The notes below the pieces were generated by a model that saw nothing but the letters and a program-made list of their open reading frames with translations, was not told the origin of the DNA and did not search any database. 32,000 bases of DNA, taken from Methylorubrum extorquens. Lineage in GTDB: Bacteria > Pseudomonadota > Alphaproteobacteria > Rhizobiales > Beijerinckiaceae. Below are positions 25,089 to 32,000 of the stretch, piece by piece. Location of the stretch: contig LT962688.1 in the NCBI GenBank assembly GCA_900234795.1, positions 4,350,001 to 4,382,000 of the forward strand, given 5' to 3'. The translations under genes and the position numbers were made by a program. Numbering within the stretch: the stretch's first letter is position 1; every line of letters begins with the position of its first letter.

Positions 25089-25273
25089 GACAGCCTCCGT
25101 CCATACCGTTTCTGTATATACGCATGGACCATGGTTGTTCATACGGCAGCCAGCGCCATCTTGAGCCGGTCGCACCGCACTCGATCTCGATCACCAGCCA
25201 CGCAACCGCTTCGGCTGACGTTGCGGAGGCATGGCGGCCGATCTTCGCATCGGGGCTCTTTCGGGTCTCACCC

Positions 25274-27427
25274 TCAGAACGAGGCCCGCACGCCACCGAA
25301 CACGCTGCGGCCGTTGCCCGGAAAGAACGCCACCGGCCCGCCCGCCACGGTCGCGGCGTTGGTTACCGTCGAGATGTCGGAGACGTAGCGTTCGTCCGTC
25401 AGATTGCGGGCATCCATGAACAGCGAGACGCCGTTGGAAAAGTCGATGCCGGCCTGGAGGCCGAGCAGGGCGTAGCCCGGCACCTTGAGGGTGTTGGCGT
25501 GGTCGGCGAAGGCGCCCTGCGGCACCCAATCGAGGGTCGGGGCGAGATGGAAGCCGCTCGGATGGCGGTAGCCGAGCACCGTGCGCAGCACGTTCACCGG
25601 CACGCCGGCGATGCGGTTGTTGGCAAAGACCGGGTCGCCGACGAAGCGGAAATCGTTGTGGGTCCAGATCTGCGTCACGGCGAGCCGATCGCCGACGCCG
25701 GTCAGATCCGTGGCGAGGTCGAGGGTCACGGCGGCCTCGACGCCCTGGTGGCGGGTGCGCGGCGCGTTGAAAGTCGCCGCCGGGATGTTCAAGCCCGGAT
25801 CGGGCGTGAAGTTGATCAGCGCGTCGCGGACTTCCGCCCGGTAGAGCGTCACATCCCAGGCGAGGCGGTCGATCCGGCCGCGCGAGCCCGCCTCGTAGGT
25901 CCAGGCGCGCTGGGCTTCGAGCGGCACGAAGGTGGTGCCGAGCAGGTTCGCCTGTACGAGGTCGGAGAAGTCCGGCACGTCGCGCGAGCGGGTGATGTCG
26001 GCAAACACCTGAATCTCCGGCAGCGGTTGCCACAGCAGGCCGAGCTTCGGGTTGATGCCCTCGTAGGTGACATTGGCAAAGCGCGCCGTGGGGCTCGCCG
26101 GCAGGCCGCCCCTGTCGCTGAAGGTGCGGTTCGCGGAGAACAGCTTGGCGCCGGTCATCAGCGCCATGTCGGGCCGGAACCAGAACCGGTTCTCGGCATA
26201 GGCCTCGTAGTTCGAGGCGCTCTGGCGGGCATTGAGCGTCTGGGCGCCGCGGAACCCCGCCACGTTCACGAACTGCCGGGCGTCGTTGATGCCGGCGAAC
26301 GCCCGCAGGCCGAGGATCAGGTCGTTGCGGAAGCCGCCGAGATCGAAGGTGCCGGCCCAGCGCGGCGCGACGCCGTAGGTCCAGCCGTCCTGATCGATCA
26401 CCTGGAAGATCGGGTGATAGAGGTTCTTGTGAATCGCCCAGGAATCGATGTCGAGGCGCCCGACCTCCAGTTCGAACGAGGTGCGGTTGGCGATGCGCTC
26501 CGTCGTCACTTTTCGCGATTGGTTGCCGGCAAGGGCCGCCGGGTTGGCAAGGCGGGGATTGTTCAGCGCGTCGAACAGCGAGAGCGAGCCGGGCAGCTTC
26601 TGGTCGGTGTCGTAGAAGCCGAGGAAGAACCGCGTCTCGACACCCGGCGCGAGGCGGTAGCCGAGATTGGCGTTCACGTTGCGGGTGCGCTGGGTCTCGT
26701 GATCGCGGAATCCGTCGGAATTGGTTGCGGTGCCGGAGATCAGGATGTCGGCCGGCCCCGAGATCCGCGAGAGCTGGAAATGCTCGCGGATGGTGTTGAA
26801 GCTGCCGCCGTCGATCCGAACGACGTTCGGGCTGAGCGCCGTGTAGGCGGTCGGCGTCACGAAGTTCACTGCGCCGCCGAGCGTCGTCGCGCCGAAGGTC
26901 AGCGCGTTGCCGCCCTTGTAGACCTCGACCGAGCGCAGGCTCAGCGGATCGATCTGGTAGAAGTCGCCGCTGCCGTCGGCGAGGTTGAGCGGGATGCCGT
27001 CCTGCAAGAGTTCGATGCCGCGGACGTGGAAGCCGCGGGCGATGCCGGAGCCGCGGATCGAGAGGCGCATCTCCTGGCCGTAGCGCTCCTGCACGAACAC
27101 GCCGGGCACGTCTTTCAGCACGTCGCGCACGGTGTTGGCGTAGCGGTTCTGGAACGTCGCGGCATCGACGAACGCCACCGAGCCGACGGTGGCGTTCACC
27201 GCCGCCCGCTGCGCGGCCACGCTCGGCACGGTGAGCGCGCCGGCGGTCTCGGCCGGGCCGGCGGGGCGCCCGGTGGCGGGCGCAGCGGTGCCGGAGACGC
27301 TGATTTCCGAAAGCGTCGCGCTCTCCGGACGCGCCTGCGCAAGGACGGGGGCGGGCAGGACGAGGCCGGAGACGAGCAGGGTCGAGGACAGGGCGGCACG
27401 CGGCACGGCCCGGTGACGGAAAGGCAT
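25274..27427 (-). CDS. TonB-dependent outer-membrane receptor; a copper or copper-chelate substrate is inferred from context only
   Basis: - Signal peptide ending PVLAQA.
- TonB-box-like TLSEISVSG.
- Plug motifs (VLKDVPGVFVQERYGQEMRLSIRGSG, IELLQDGIPLN, VEVYKGGNALTFGATTLGGAVNFVT).
- A 22-strand-size barrel with terminal ...GGVRASF. Confidence 0.9.
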   Translation of the reverse strand: MPFRHRAVPRAALSSTLLVSGLVLPAPVLAQARPESATLSEISVSGTAAPATGRPAGPAETAGALTVPSVAAQRAAVNATVGSVAFVDAATFQNRYANTVRDVLKDVPGVFVQERYGQEMRLSIRGSGIARGFHVRGIELLQDGIPLNLADGSGDFYQIDPLSLRSVEVYKGGNALTFGATTLGGAVNFVTPTAYTALSPNVVRIDGGSFNTIREHFQLSRISGPADILISGTATNSDGFRDHETQRTRNVNANLGYRLAPGVETRFFLGFYDTDQKLPGSLSLFDALNNPRLANPAALAGNQSRKVTTERIANRTSFELEVGRLDIDSWAIHKNLYHPIFQVIDQDGWTYGVAPRWAGTFDLGGFRNDLILGLRAFAGINDARQFVNVAGFRGAQTLNARQSASNYEAYAENRFWFRPDMALMTGAKLFSANRTFSDRGGLPASPTARFANVTYEGINPKLGLLWQPLPEIQVFADITRSRDVPDFSDLVQANLLGTTFVPLEAQRAWTYEAGSRGRIDRLAWDVTLYRAEVRDALINFTPDPGLNIPAATFNAPRTRHQGVEAAVTLDLATDLTGVGDRLAVTQIWTHNDFRFVGDPVFANNRIAGVPVNVLRTVLGYRHPSGFHLAPTLDWVPQGAFADHANTLKVPGYALLGLQAGIDFSNGVSLFMDARNLTDERYVSDISTVTNAATVAGGPVAFFPGNGRSVFGGVRASF

Positions 27428-27469
27428 GAGGAAACGTCCGTTGTCTGAAGGATCGGGAGAGGCGATCGA

Positions 27470-27853
27470 TCAGGCGACGGGCGGGGCGCGTGCGCTGGGG
27501 CGTGTGCCGGGCGGCGCACGGGGGAGGGCGACGATCTCGGGCCGCCATGCGACCGGGGCGGCCTGCTCCCGCGGCCACGCGACGATGGCGTGGGCGGGCT
27601 CCGGAACGTGGAGGTTCGGCAGCGCGTGCGCGGCTTGGCAGCAGGGCAAGTGCCCGTGGCCCGGATGCGACTTCAGGGGGCCGTCGGCCTCCCCGGCATC
27701 CGGGGCGCAGAGGATGTGAACGAGACCGTTCTGCGGGCCGAGGCTTCCGGCGAGCGAGGCTCCGCCGAGGACGACCTGCAGGGCGAGCGCGTAGAGCGCG
27801 GCCACGGCGATGACCGCGCGGCACACGGACCATCCCGGCAGGCGCCCTCGCAT
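27470..27853 (-). CDS. DUF2946-like small membrane-anchored protein with a HxxCC-x-AAH motif (copy 1)
   Basis: The start is taken at MRGRLPGWSVCRAVIAVAALYALALQVVLGG (ATG 27853), because the longer ORF would overlap SCO1. The Cys/His patch is SHPGHGHLPCCQAAH. It is a paralogue of 30380..30802. The DUF2946 assignment is from memory of the family pattern and its usual neighbours. Confidence 0.55.
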   Translation of the reverse strand: MRGRLPGWSVCRAVIAVAALYALALQVVLGGASLAGSLGPQNGLVHILCAPDAGEADGPLKSHPGHGHLPCCQAAHALPNLHVPEPAHAIVAWPREQAAPVAWRPEIVALPRAPPGTRPSARAPPVA

Positions 27854-27968
27854 GCTGCCAGCTATGGCCAAGCTTGCCGGGACGTCAACGGAGGCGGGTT
27901 CGGCAGAACGCCGTTTTCTGCTGCGGCCGGCCGCGGAACGGAAGACCGGCCCGCGCGAGCCGAAACGG

Positions 27969-28616
27969 TCAGGTGTTGCGGCCGTCGGAGACCAATTTGC
28001 GCAATTGCTTGAGGGCGAGGGCGTGCCCCGCATTCAGGTCGAGCGGTCCGGCAAAGCCGCCGTCGCGGTCCATCATGTAGACCATCAGCGTGTGCTCCAG
28101 GGTGTAGTCGCCCCCCGGCAGCGGCACCCGCTTGACATAGGCGCGGTAATCGCGCGCCACCCGCTCGATCTGCTGCGGCGTGCCGCTCAATCCCGTGATC
28201 CGGTCGGTGAACGAGGCCATGTATTCGCGCATCACCGCCTGCGTGTCCCGCTCGGGGTCGAGGGTGATGTAGTAGGCCTGGATCTCGCCGCCCTGGGCGC
28301 CGAATTCATCGAGCAGGGTGCCGAGGTCGGCCAGCGTCGTCGGGCAGACGTTCGGGCACTGGGTGAAGCCGAAGAAGACGAGGAAGGGCTTGCCCTTCAG
28401 CGCCTGCGAATCGACGGTGCCGCCCTTCGAGGATTCGAGCCGGAATGGGCCGCCGACCACCGACAGGGCGGAGGGCCTGTCCCCCCGCGGCAGGAAGGCG
28501 ACCGTCGCCGCCACGATGCCGACGAGGGCGAGCGCGAAGGCGGCGAGGATCAGCGTGCTCCCCCGCTGCGAGGCGGGGGAAGCCGTCCGGGGCTCGGGTT
28601 CTGGTTCAGTGGCCAT
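27969..28616 (-). CDS. SCO1/SenC-family copper chaperone (thioredoxin fold)
   Basis: TM anchor LILAAFALALVGIVAATVAFL, the CxxxC copper site FFGFTQCPNVCPTT, and the distal His in YTLEHTLMVYMMD. It overlaps the upstream PCuAC gene by 11 nt. Confidence 0.85.
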   Translation of the reverse strand: MATEPEPEPRTASPASQRGSTLILAAFALALVGIVAATVAFLPRGDRPSALSVVGGPFRLESSKGGTVDSQALKGKPFLVFFGFTQCPNVCPTTLADLGTLLDEFGAQGGEIQAYYITLDPERDTQAVMREYMASFTDRITGLSGTPQQIERVARDYRAYVKRVPLPGGDYTLEHTLMVYMMDRDGGFAGPLDLNAGHALALKQLRKLVSDGRNT

Positions 28617-29130
28617 GGTCGTGACCCCCGTGATTGTGCGCCTCGGGCCCCTTCTCGGACCGCGTCTCGGGGGCCTTGGCGGCGAGGCTTTCCACGGCGA
28701 ACTCGACCGGAACGGTCCCGGCCCGCTCGAAGCGCAGCGTCCCCTTCACCCGCTCGCCCTTCTTCAGCGGCGTTGTCAGGTCGAGGAACATCAGGTGATG
28801 GCCGCTGGGGGCGAGCGTCACCGTCTGGCCGGGCGGGATCGCCAGGCCGTCGGCGAGCGGCGCCATCTTCATCACGCCGCCCTCCATCGACATCGTGTGC
28901 AACTCCCCGCGCCCGGCCGCTTCGATCGCGCCGCCGGTGAGCCGGTCCGGCTCGGTGCCGGTATTCGTAACCGTGAGGTAGCCGGCCGCGACCCGCGCGC
29001 CGCCGGGCGTCGCCCGTGACCAGGGATGGCCGATCTTGAGCGGGCCGGCCTTGTAGTCATGGGCGTGGGCCGGGCTCGTCGCGGCAAGGCCGAGCGCGAG
29101 GAGGGCGGCCGGGACAGCGTGAAGGCGCAT
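28606..29130 (-). CDS. Periplasmic copper chaperone PCu(A)C (DUF461)
   Basis: Signal peptide ending SPAHA. The sequence IGHPWSRATPGGARVAAGYLTVTNTG ... ELHTMSMEGGVMKMAP ... GHHLMFLDL carries the H-x-M / M-x-M copper(I) motifs, and the tail is His-rich (EAHNHGGHDHGH). GGAGA precedes the ATG. Confidence 0.85.
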   Translation of the reverse strand: MRLHAVPAALLALGLAATSPAHAHDYKAGPLKIGHPWSRATPGGARVAAGYLTVTNTGTEPDRLTGGAIEAAGRGELHTMSMEGGVMKMAPLADGLAIPPGQTVTLAPSGHHLMFLDLTTPLKKGERVKGTLRFERAGTVPVEFAVESLAAKAPETRSEKGPEAHNHGGHDHGH

Positions 29131-29245
29131 GATCGTGTCTCCGTTCGGAGCGGGAAAGGGGAGGGCGCGCGGATCTCGAGCCTCGAACGCCGCATGCGGC
29201 GGCGATGCTCCCGTGAGGCGCCTGCCCGCGCGGTGATGTCGCCGT

Positions 29246-30315
29246 TCAGTGGTGATGCTTGTGGCCGTCGGCCTCGGGCGCGGTGGCGCCGGGTCCTTGC
29301 CTGTCGGGTCCTTGCGCGCCGATCGGTGCCACGGTGAAGGTCACCGGCACCGTTCCGGCCCGCTCGAAGGTCAGCGTGCCCGCGACGGTCTCGCCCGCCT
29401 TCAGCCCGTCCTTCAGGTCGAGGAACATCAGGTGGTAGCCGCCGGGCTTGAGCGCGACGCCGGCCCCCCGGCGCGAGGGCGAGACCGCCCTCGACGGGGG
29501 CCATCTTCATCACGCCGCCCTCCGTCGTCATCGAGTGGATCTCGGCGCGCCCGGCCTGGGGGATCGCGGCGCCCGTCAGCCGGTCGGGCTCGGTGCCGGT
29601 GTTGCGCAAAGTCACGTAGCCGCCGGCGACCTTCGCGCCACCCGGTGTCGCCCGCAGCCAGGGCGTCTCGATCGCGATCGCTCCGGCTTTCGCGGCGGGG
29701 GCGGCCGAAGCCTGCGCCGCCGTTGCCGTTCCCTGGGTTGCCGTTCCTTGCGCGGCGATGATCCGAACCGCCGGGGCCGGCGCCTTCAGGGCCTGCGCAT
29801 TCCCGTTCTCGGCCGGAACATCGCTCCAGCGGTAGCTGCCCTCGGTGCAGTCCTGCTCGACGGGGAAGTAGATCGTCGCGCCCGGCGCGAAGGCGTCGGA
29901 AATCCGGGCGAAGAAGGTGAACTCGTCGATCTGCTCGTCCGGCAGGCTGCCGCCACTCCAGGTAATTTTCGTGACGCCCTCCGAGACCTGTCCGTGGAAG
30001 GACGGGTAGGACCGGGCATAGGCCGACTTGACGGTTTCGATCGTCCAGCCGGGCTTCGGCATCGGTTTGGCCCCAGTCACCCCCCTCGGGGATGGTGACG
30101 CTGATGCGGGTGGTCGGCCGGCCATCGCAGCCATGCATGATCTGGACGACGCCGCGATAGGCGGCGTTGGGCGCAGCCTCCTTGCGCTCCAGCACGGCAT
30201 GGGCCGAGGCGGGCGAGACGAAGCCGAAGACGGCGTTTGGGCAGACGGCGTTCGGGCCGATCAGGACGAGCGGCAGGGCGGCGCGAACAGGGGCGCTGAG
30301 GCAGAAGCGGGGCAT
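29246..30315 (-). pseudogene. YcnI (DUF1775) - PCu(A)C fusion copper-binding protein, interrupted by two +1 frame breaks
   Basis: - Segment 1 (frame of ORF 29428..30684): MPRFCLSAPV...SPASA then HAVLERKEAAPNAAYRGVVQIMHGCDGRPTTRISVTIPEG.
- Segment 2 (frame of ORF 28872..30200): VTGAKPMPKPGWTIETVKS...ITWSGGSLPDEQIDEFTFFARI...YFPVEQDCTEGSYRW, then a linker, then IETPWLRATPGGAKVAGGYVTLRNTG...IHSMTTEGGVMKMAPVEGGLALAPG.
- Segment 3 (ORF 29246..29428): GYHLMFLDLKDGLKAGETVAGTLTFERAGTVPVTF...GHKHHH.
- The breaks are at G6 runs, plus-strand C6 at 30080-30085 and 29464-29469.
- The span minus 2 nt equals 1068 nt, which is 355 codons plus a stop. Confidence 0.75.
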
Positions 30316-30379
30316 GGGATGGTTCCGGTTGTCTGACATCGAAGGATCGCTTGGCGAGGGATCACTTGGATCGGGCGGG

Positions 30380-30802
30380 TCAGGCAGCCGGCGGGGCTCG
30401 GGCGTGGGCGAGGGTGAAGGGCGGCGGACGGGCGGCCCGGCGCTGGACCCCGGACCAGCCGGCGCGGGCGGCGTCCCGCTCGGGCCACGCGGCCTCGGCG
30501 GAGAGGGGAAGGGTGAGCGTGGCGGCGGGCGCGTGATGCGCGGCGGTGCAGCAGCCGGCATGGTGTGAGTCCGGGGCCGGAAGCCCGTCCTTCGCCGCCC
30601 CGGCGGAGACGGCTCCGTCTGCGACCTGTTGCGCGATCGGCTGACAGAGGAAGGCGGGGGCGCCCGCGACGGGAAGGGCGGCAATGCCGCCGAGCAGGGC
30701 CTGGAGCACCAGCGCGTAGAGGGCGGCCACGGCGGTCAGCCCGCGCAGGACGCGCAGGACGCGCGGCGCTCCTCCGGTCCGGTCGCGGCGTGGGCTCGGC
30801 AT
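30380..30802 (-). CDS. DUF2946-like small membrane-anchored protein with a HxxCC-x-AAH motif (copy 2)
   Basis: MPSPRRDRTGGAPRVLRVLRGLTAVAALYALVLQALLGG ... DSHHAGCCTAAHH ... ARAPPAA. It shares the AVAALYAL.LQ..LGG helix, the CC-x-AAH patch and the ARAPP.A C-terminus with 27470..27853. The start is uncertain; GTG 30832 is an alternative. Confidence 0.55.
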   Translation of the reverse strand: MPSPRRDRTGGAPRVLRVLRGLTAVAALYALVLQALLGGIAALPVAGAPAFLCQPIAQQVADGAVSAGAAKDGLPAPDSHHAGCCTAAHHAPAATLTLPLSAEAAWPERDAARAGWSGVQRRAARPPPFTLAHARAPPAA

Positions 30803-31086
30803 GGACACGAGCCTTACGCCGCTTCGTGCCACTCCGGTAGAGGCCGGGCCGGCGCCATGCCGCCGCGCCCCAGCGAGGCCTCCCCGAGCGCATCGCTGAA
30901 CGCTCTGCGTGCGCCCTCACACGCGGACGCCATAATGTAGCCCGGAACGGCATGGCTTCTTAACCACGAGACCGCGACAACCGCGGCACGATGACTTGGC
31001 CGAGACTTGGTTCTTCGACGCTTCGCGTTTGAGCCATGACTCCCGGCCGGATCCACTGACCGCACCTTTCTCCAGAGCCCGGATCG

Positions 31087-32000
31087 ATGCTGCAGAGCGC
31101 GCGCCACCCCCACTTCCGCCCCCTCGCTGCCGCCCTCGTGGCGGCGACGGTGCTCGCCGGCCCGGCGCTTGCCCGCGAGGGCGGGTTCGCCCAGGCCGAG
31201 TGGGCGCAGGACTATTCCTCGCCCACGACCATGCAGGTGCATCGGTCCTCGACGCCGATCCTCTCGCCCGACACCATCGCGGCGACTGAGTCGATGGCCG
31301 AGAAGTACCGCGCCATCGTCTCCCGCGGCGGCTGGCAGAACGTGAGCGGCGCGGCCGGTCTGCGCGTCGGCTCCCGCGGACCGGCGGTGGCGGCGGTGCG
31401 CCAGCGCCTGATCGTCACCGGCGACCTCGACGCCACGGCCGGCGGTGCGGGTGTCTACGATTCCTACGTCGCGGCCGGCGTGAAGCGCTTCCAGGCCCGG
31501 CACGGCCTGTCGCAGACCGGCCAGATGAGCCCGGCGACCCAGGCGGCGATGAACGTGCCCGCCGAGGTGCGCCTGCGCCAGCTCGAGACCAACGTGATCC
31601 GCTTGCGCTCCTATTCGGGCGATCTCGGCCGGCGCTTCGTCATCACCAACATCCCCGCCGCCCTGGTGCAGACGGTGGAGAACGGCCAGGTCGTGACGCT
31701 GCACGCCGCAGGCGTCGGCAAAATCGATCGCCAGTCGCCGATCATGAACACCAAGGCGACGCAGATCAATTTCAACCCGACCTGGACGGTCCCGGCCTCG
31801 ATCGTGAGGAAGGACCTGATCCCGAAGATGCAGAAGGATCCGAACTACCTCACGGACAACAAAATCCGCATCCTCTCGGGGGGGCAGGAGATCTCACCGC
31901 GCTCCGTGAACTGGAACTCGGACGAGGGCACCCGCTACACCTACCGCCAGGATTCCGGCGCCGACTTCAACTCCATGGGCGTGGTGCGCATCAACATTCC
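31087..32000 (+). CDS. L,D-transpeptidase, YcbB/LdtD-like, with a PG-binding domain; the 3-prime end lies outside the window
   Basis: This gene is not in the supplied ORF track because no stop is reached. Manual translation from ATG 31087 gives MLQSARHPHFRPLAAALVAATVLAGPALA..., then the PG_binding_1 block AVRQRLIVTGDLD...YDSYVAAGVKRFQARHGLSQTGQMSPATQAAMNVP, then RLRQLETNVIRLR, FVITNIPAALVQTVENGQVV and INFNPTWTVPASIVRKDLIPKMQKDPNYL, all typical of YcbB-type Ldt. Confidence 0.8.
   Translation, partial: MLQSARHPHFRPLAAALVAATVLAGPALAREGGFAQAEWAQDYSSPTTMQVHRSSTPILSPDTIAATESMAEKYRAIVSRGGWQNVSGAAGLRVGSRGPAVAAVRQRLIVTGDLDATAGGAGVYDSYVAAGVKRFQARHGLSQTGQMSPATQAAMNVPAEVRLRQLETNVIRLRSYSGDLGRRFVITNIPAALVQTVENGQVVTLHAAGVGKIDRQSPIMNTKATQINFNPTWTVPASIVRKDLIPKMQKDPNYLTDNKIRILSGGQEISPRSVNWNSDEGTRYTYRQDSGADFNSMGVVRINI

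Noticed and set aside
27854-28033. The N-terminal extension of the DUF2946-like ORF (27470..28033).
   Set aside because: It would overlap the 3-prime end of the SCO1 gene by 65 nt. The paralogue alignment supports a start just before the AVAALYAL helix.
29464-30085. Programmed ribosomal frameshifting or transcriptional slippage as the explanation for the two G6-associated frame changes.
   Set aside because: G6 runs are too short for productive transcriptional slippage. There is no recognisable slippery heptamer with a downstream structure, and two uncompensated +1 events in one gene are far more simply explained by mutation or base-calling error.
1-32000. CRISPR arrays, rRNA or tRNA genes, IS elements or transposases, integrases, and recognisable phage-defence genes.
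   Set aside because: No regularly spaced direct repeats, no conserved rRNA or tRNA sequence blocks and no DDE/tyrosine-recombinase-like or defence-domain translations were seen in any frame.

Overview
A very GC-rich (roughly 70%) chromosomal segment. Composition and protein content suggest an alphaproteobacterium (Methylobacterium/Hyphomicrobiales-like), which is inference only. All family calls come from motifs recognised by eye in the supplied translations; no search was run. I support about 30 genes and found no rRNA, tRNA, CRISPR array, transposase or integrase.

Gene content from left to right:
- partial Ni/Co transporter, a hypothetical protein and a histidine phosphatase
- a Gram-negative-type sortase pair: a VIT-vWA target ending in LPQTA plus TM plus basic tail, with a class GN sortase coupled by a GTGA overlap
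- an XRE regulator
- a long minus-strand run of alpha-2-macroglobulin, then PBP1C (pbpC), then sugE
- a YdcZ-like transporter, a peptidoglycan-binding protein with an apparently dead trypsin-like domain, DUF3309 and a cysteine synthase family enzyme
- a roughly 700 bp poorly coding gap next to an orphan NepR-like anti-sigma factor
- a TRAP dctPQM operon divergent from a GntR regulator, an OprB-type porin and a vapBC pair
- a six-gene copper-handling cluster: TonB-dependent receptor, DUF2946-like, SCO1, PCuAC, a YcnI-PCuAC fusion and a second DUF2946-like gene
- a partial L,D-transpeptidase

Most notable observations:
1. The copper cluster has two CC-motif paralogues.
2. There are three reading-frame breaks, and every one sits on a simple repeat: (CCGTG)3 in the alpha-2-macroglobulin gene and two G6 runs in the YcnI-PCuAC gene.
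3. A 125 bp highly structured palindromic element lies between the a2m stop and the PBP1C transmembrane helix, and the ORF reads through it.
4. A possible guanidine-II-like leader sits in front of sugE.

The many long Arg/Pro/Gly-rich ORFs antisense to real genes are GC artefacts.
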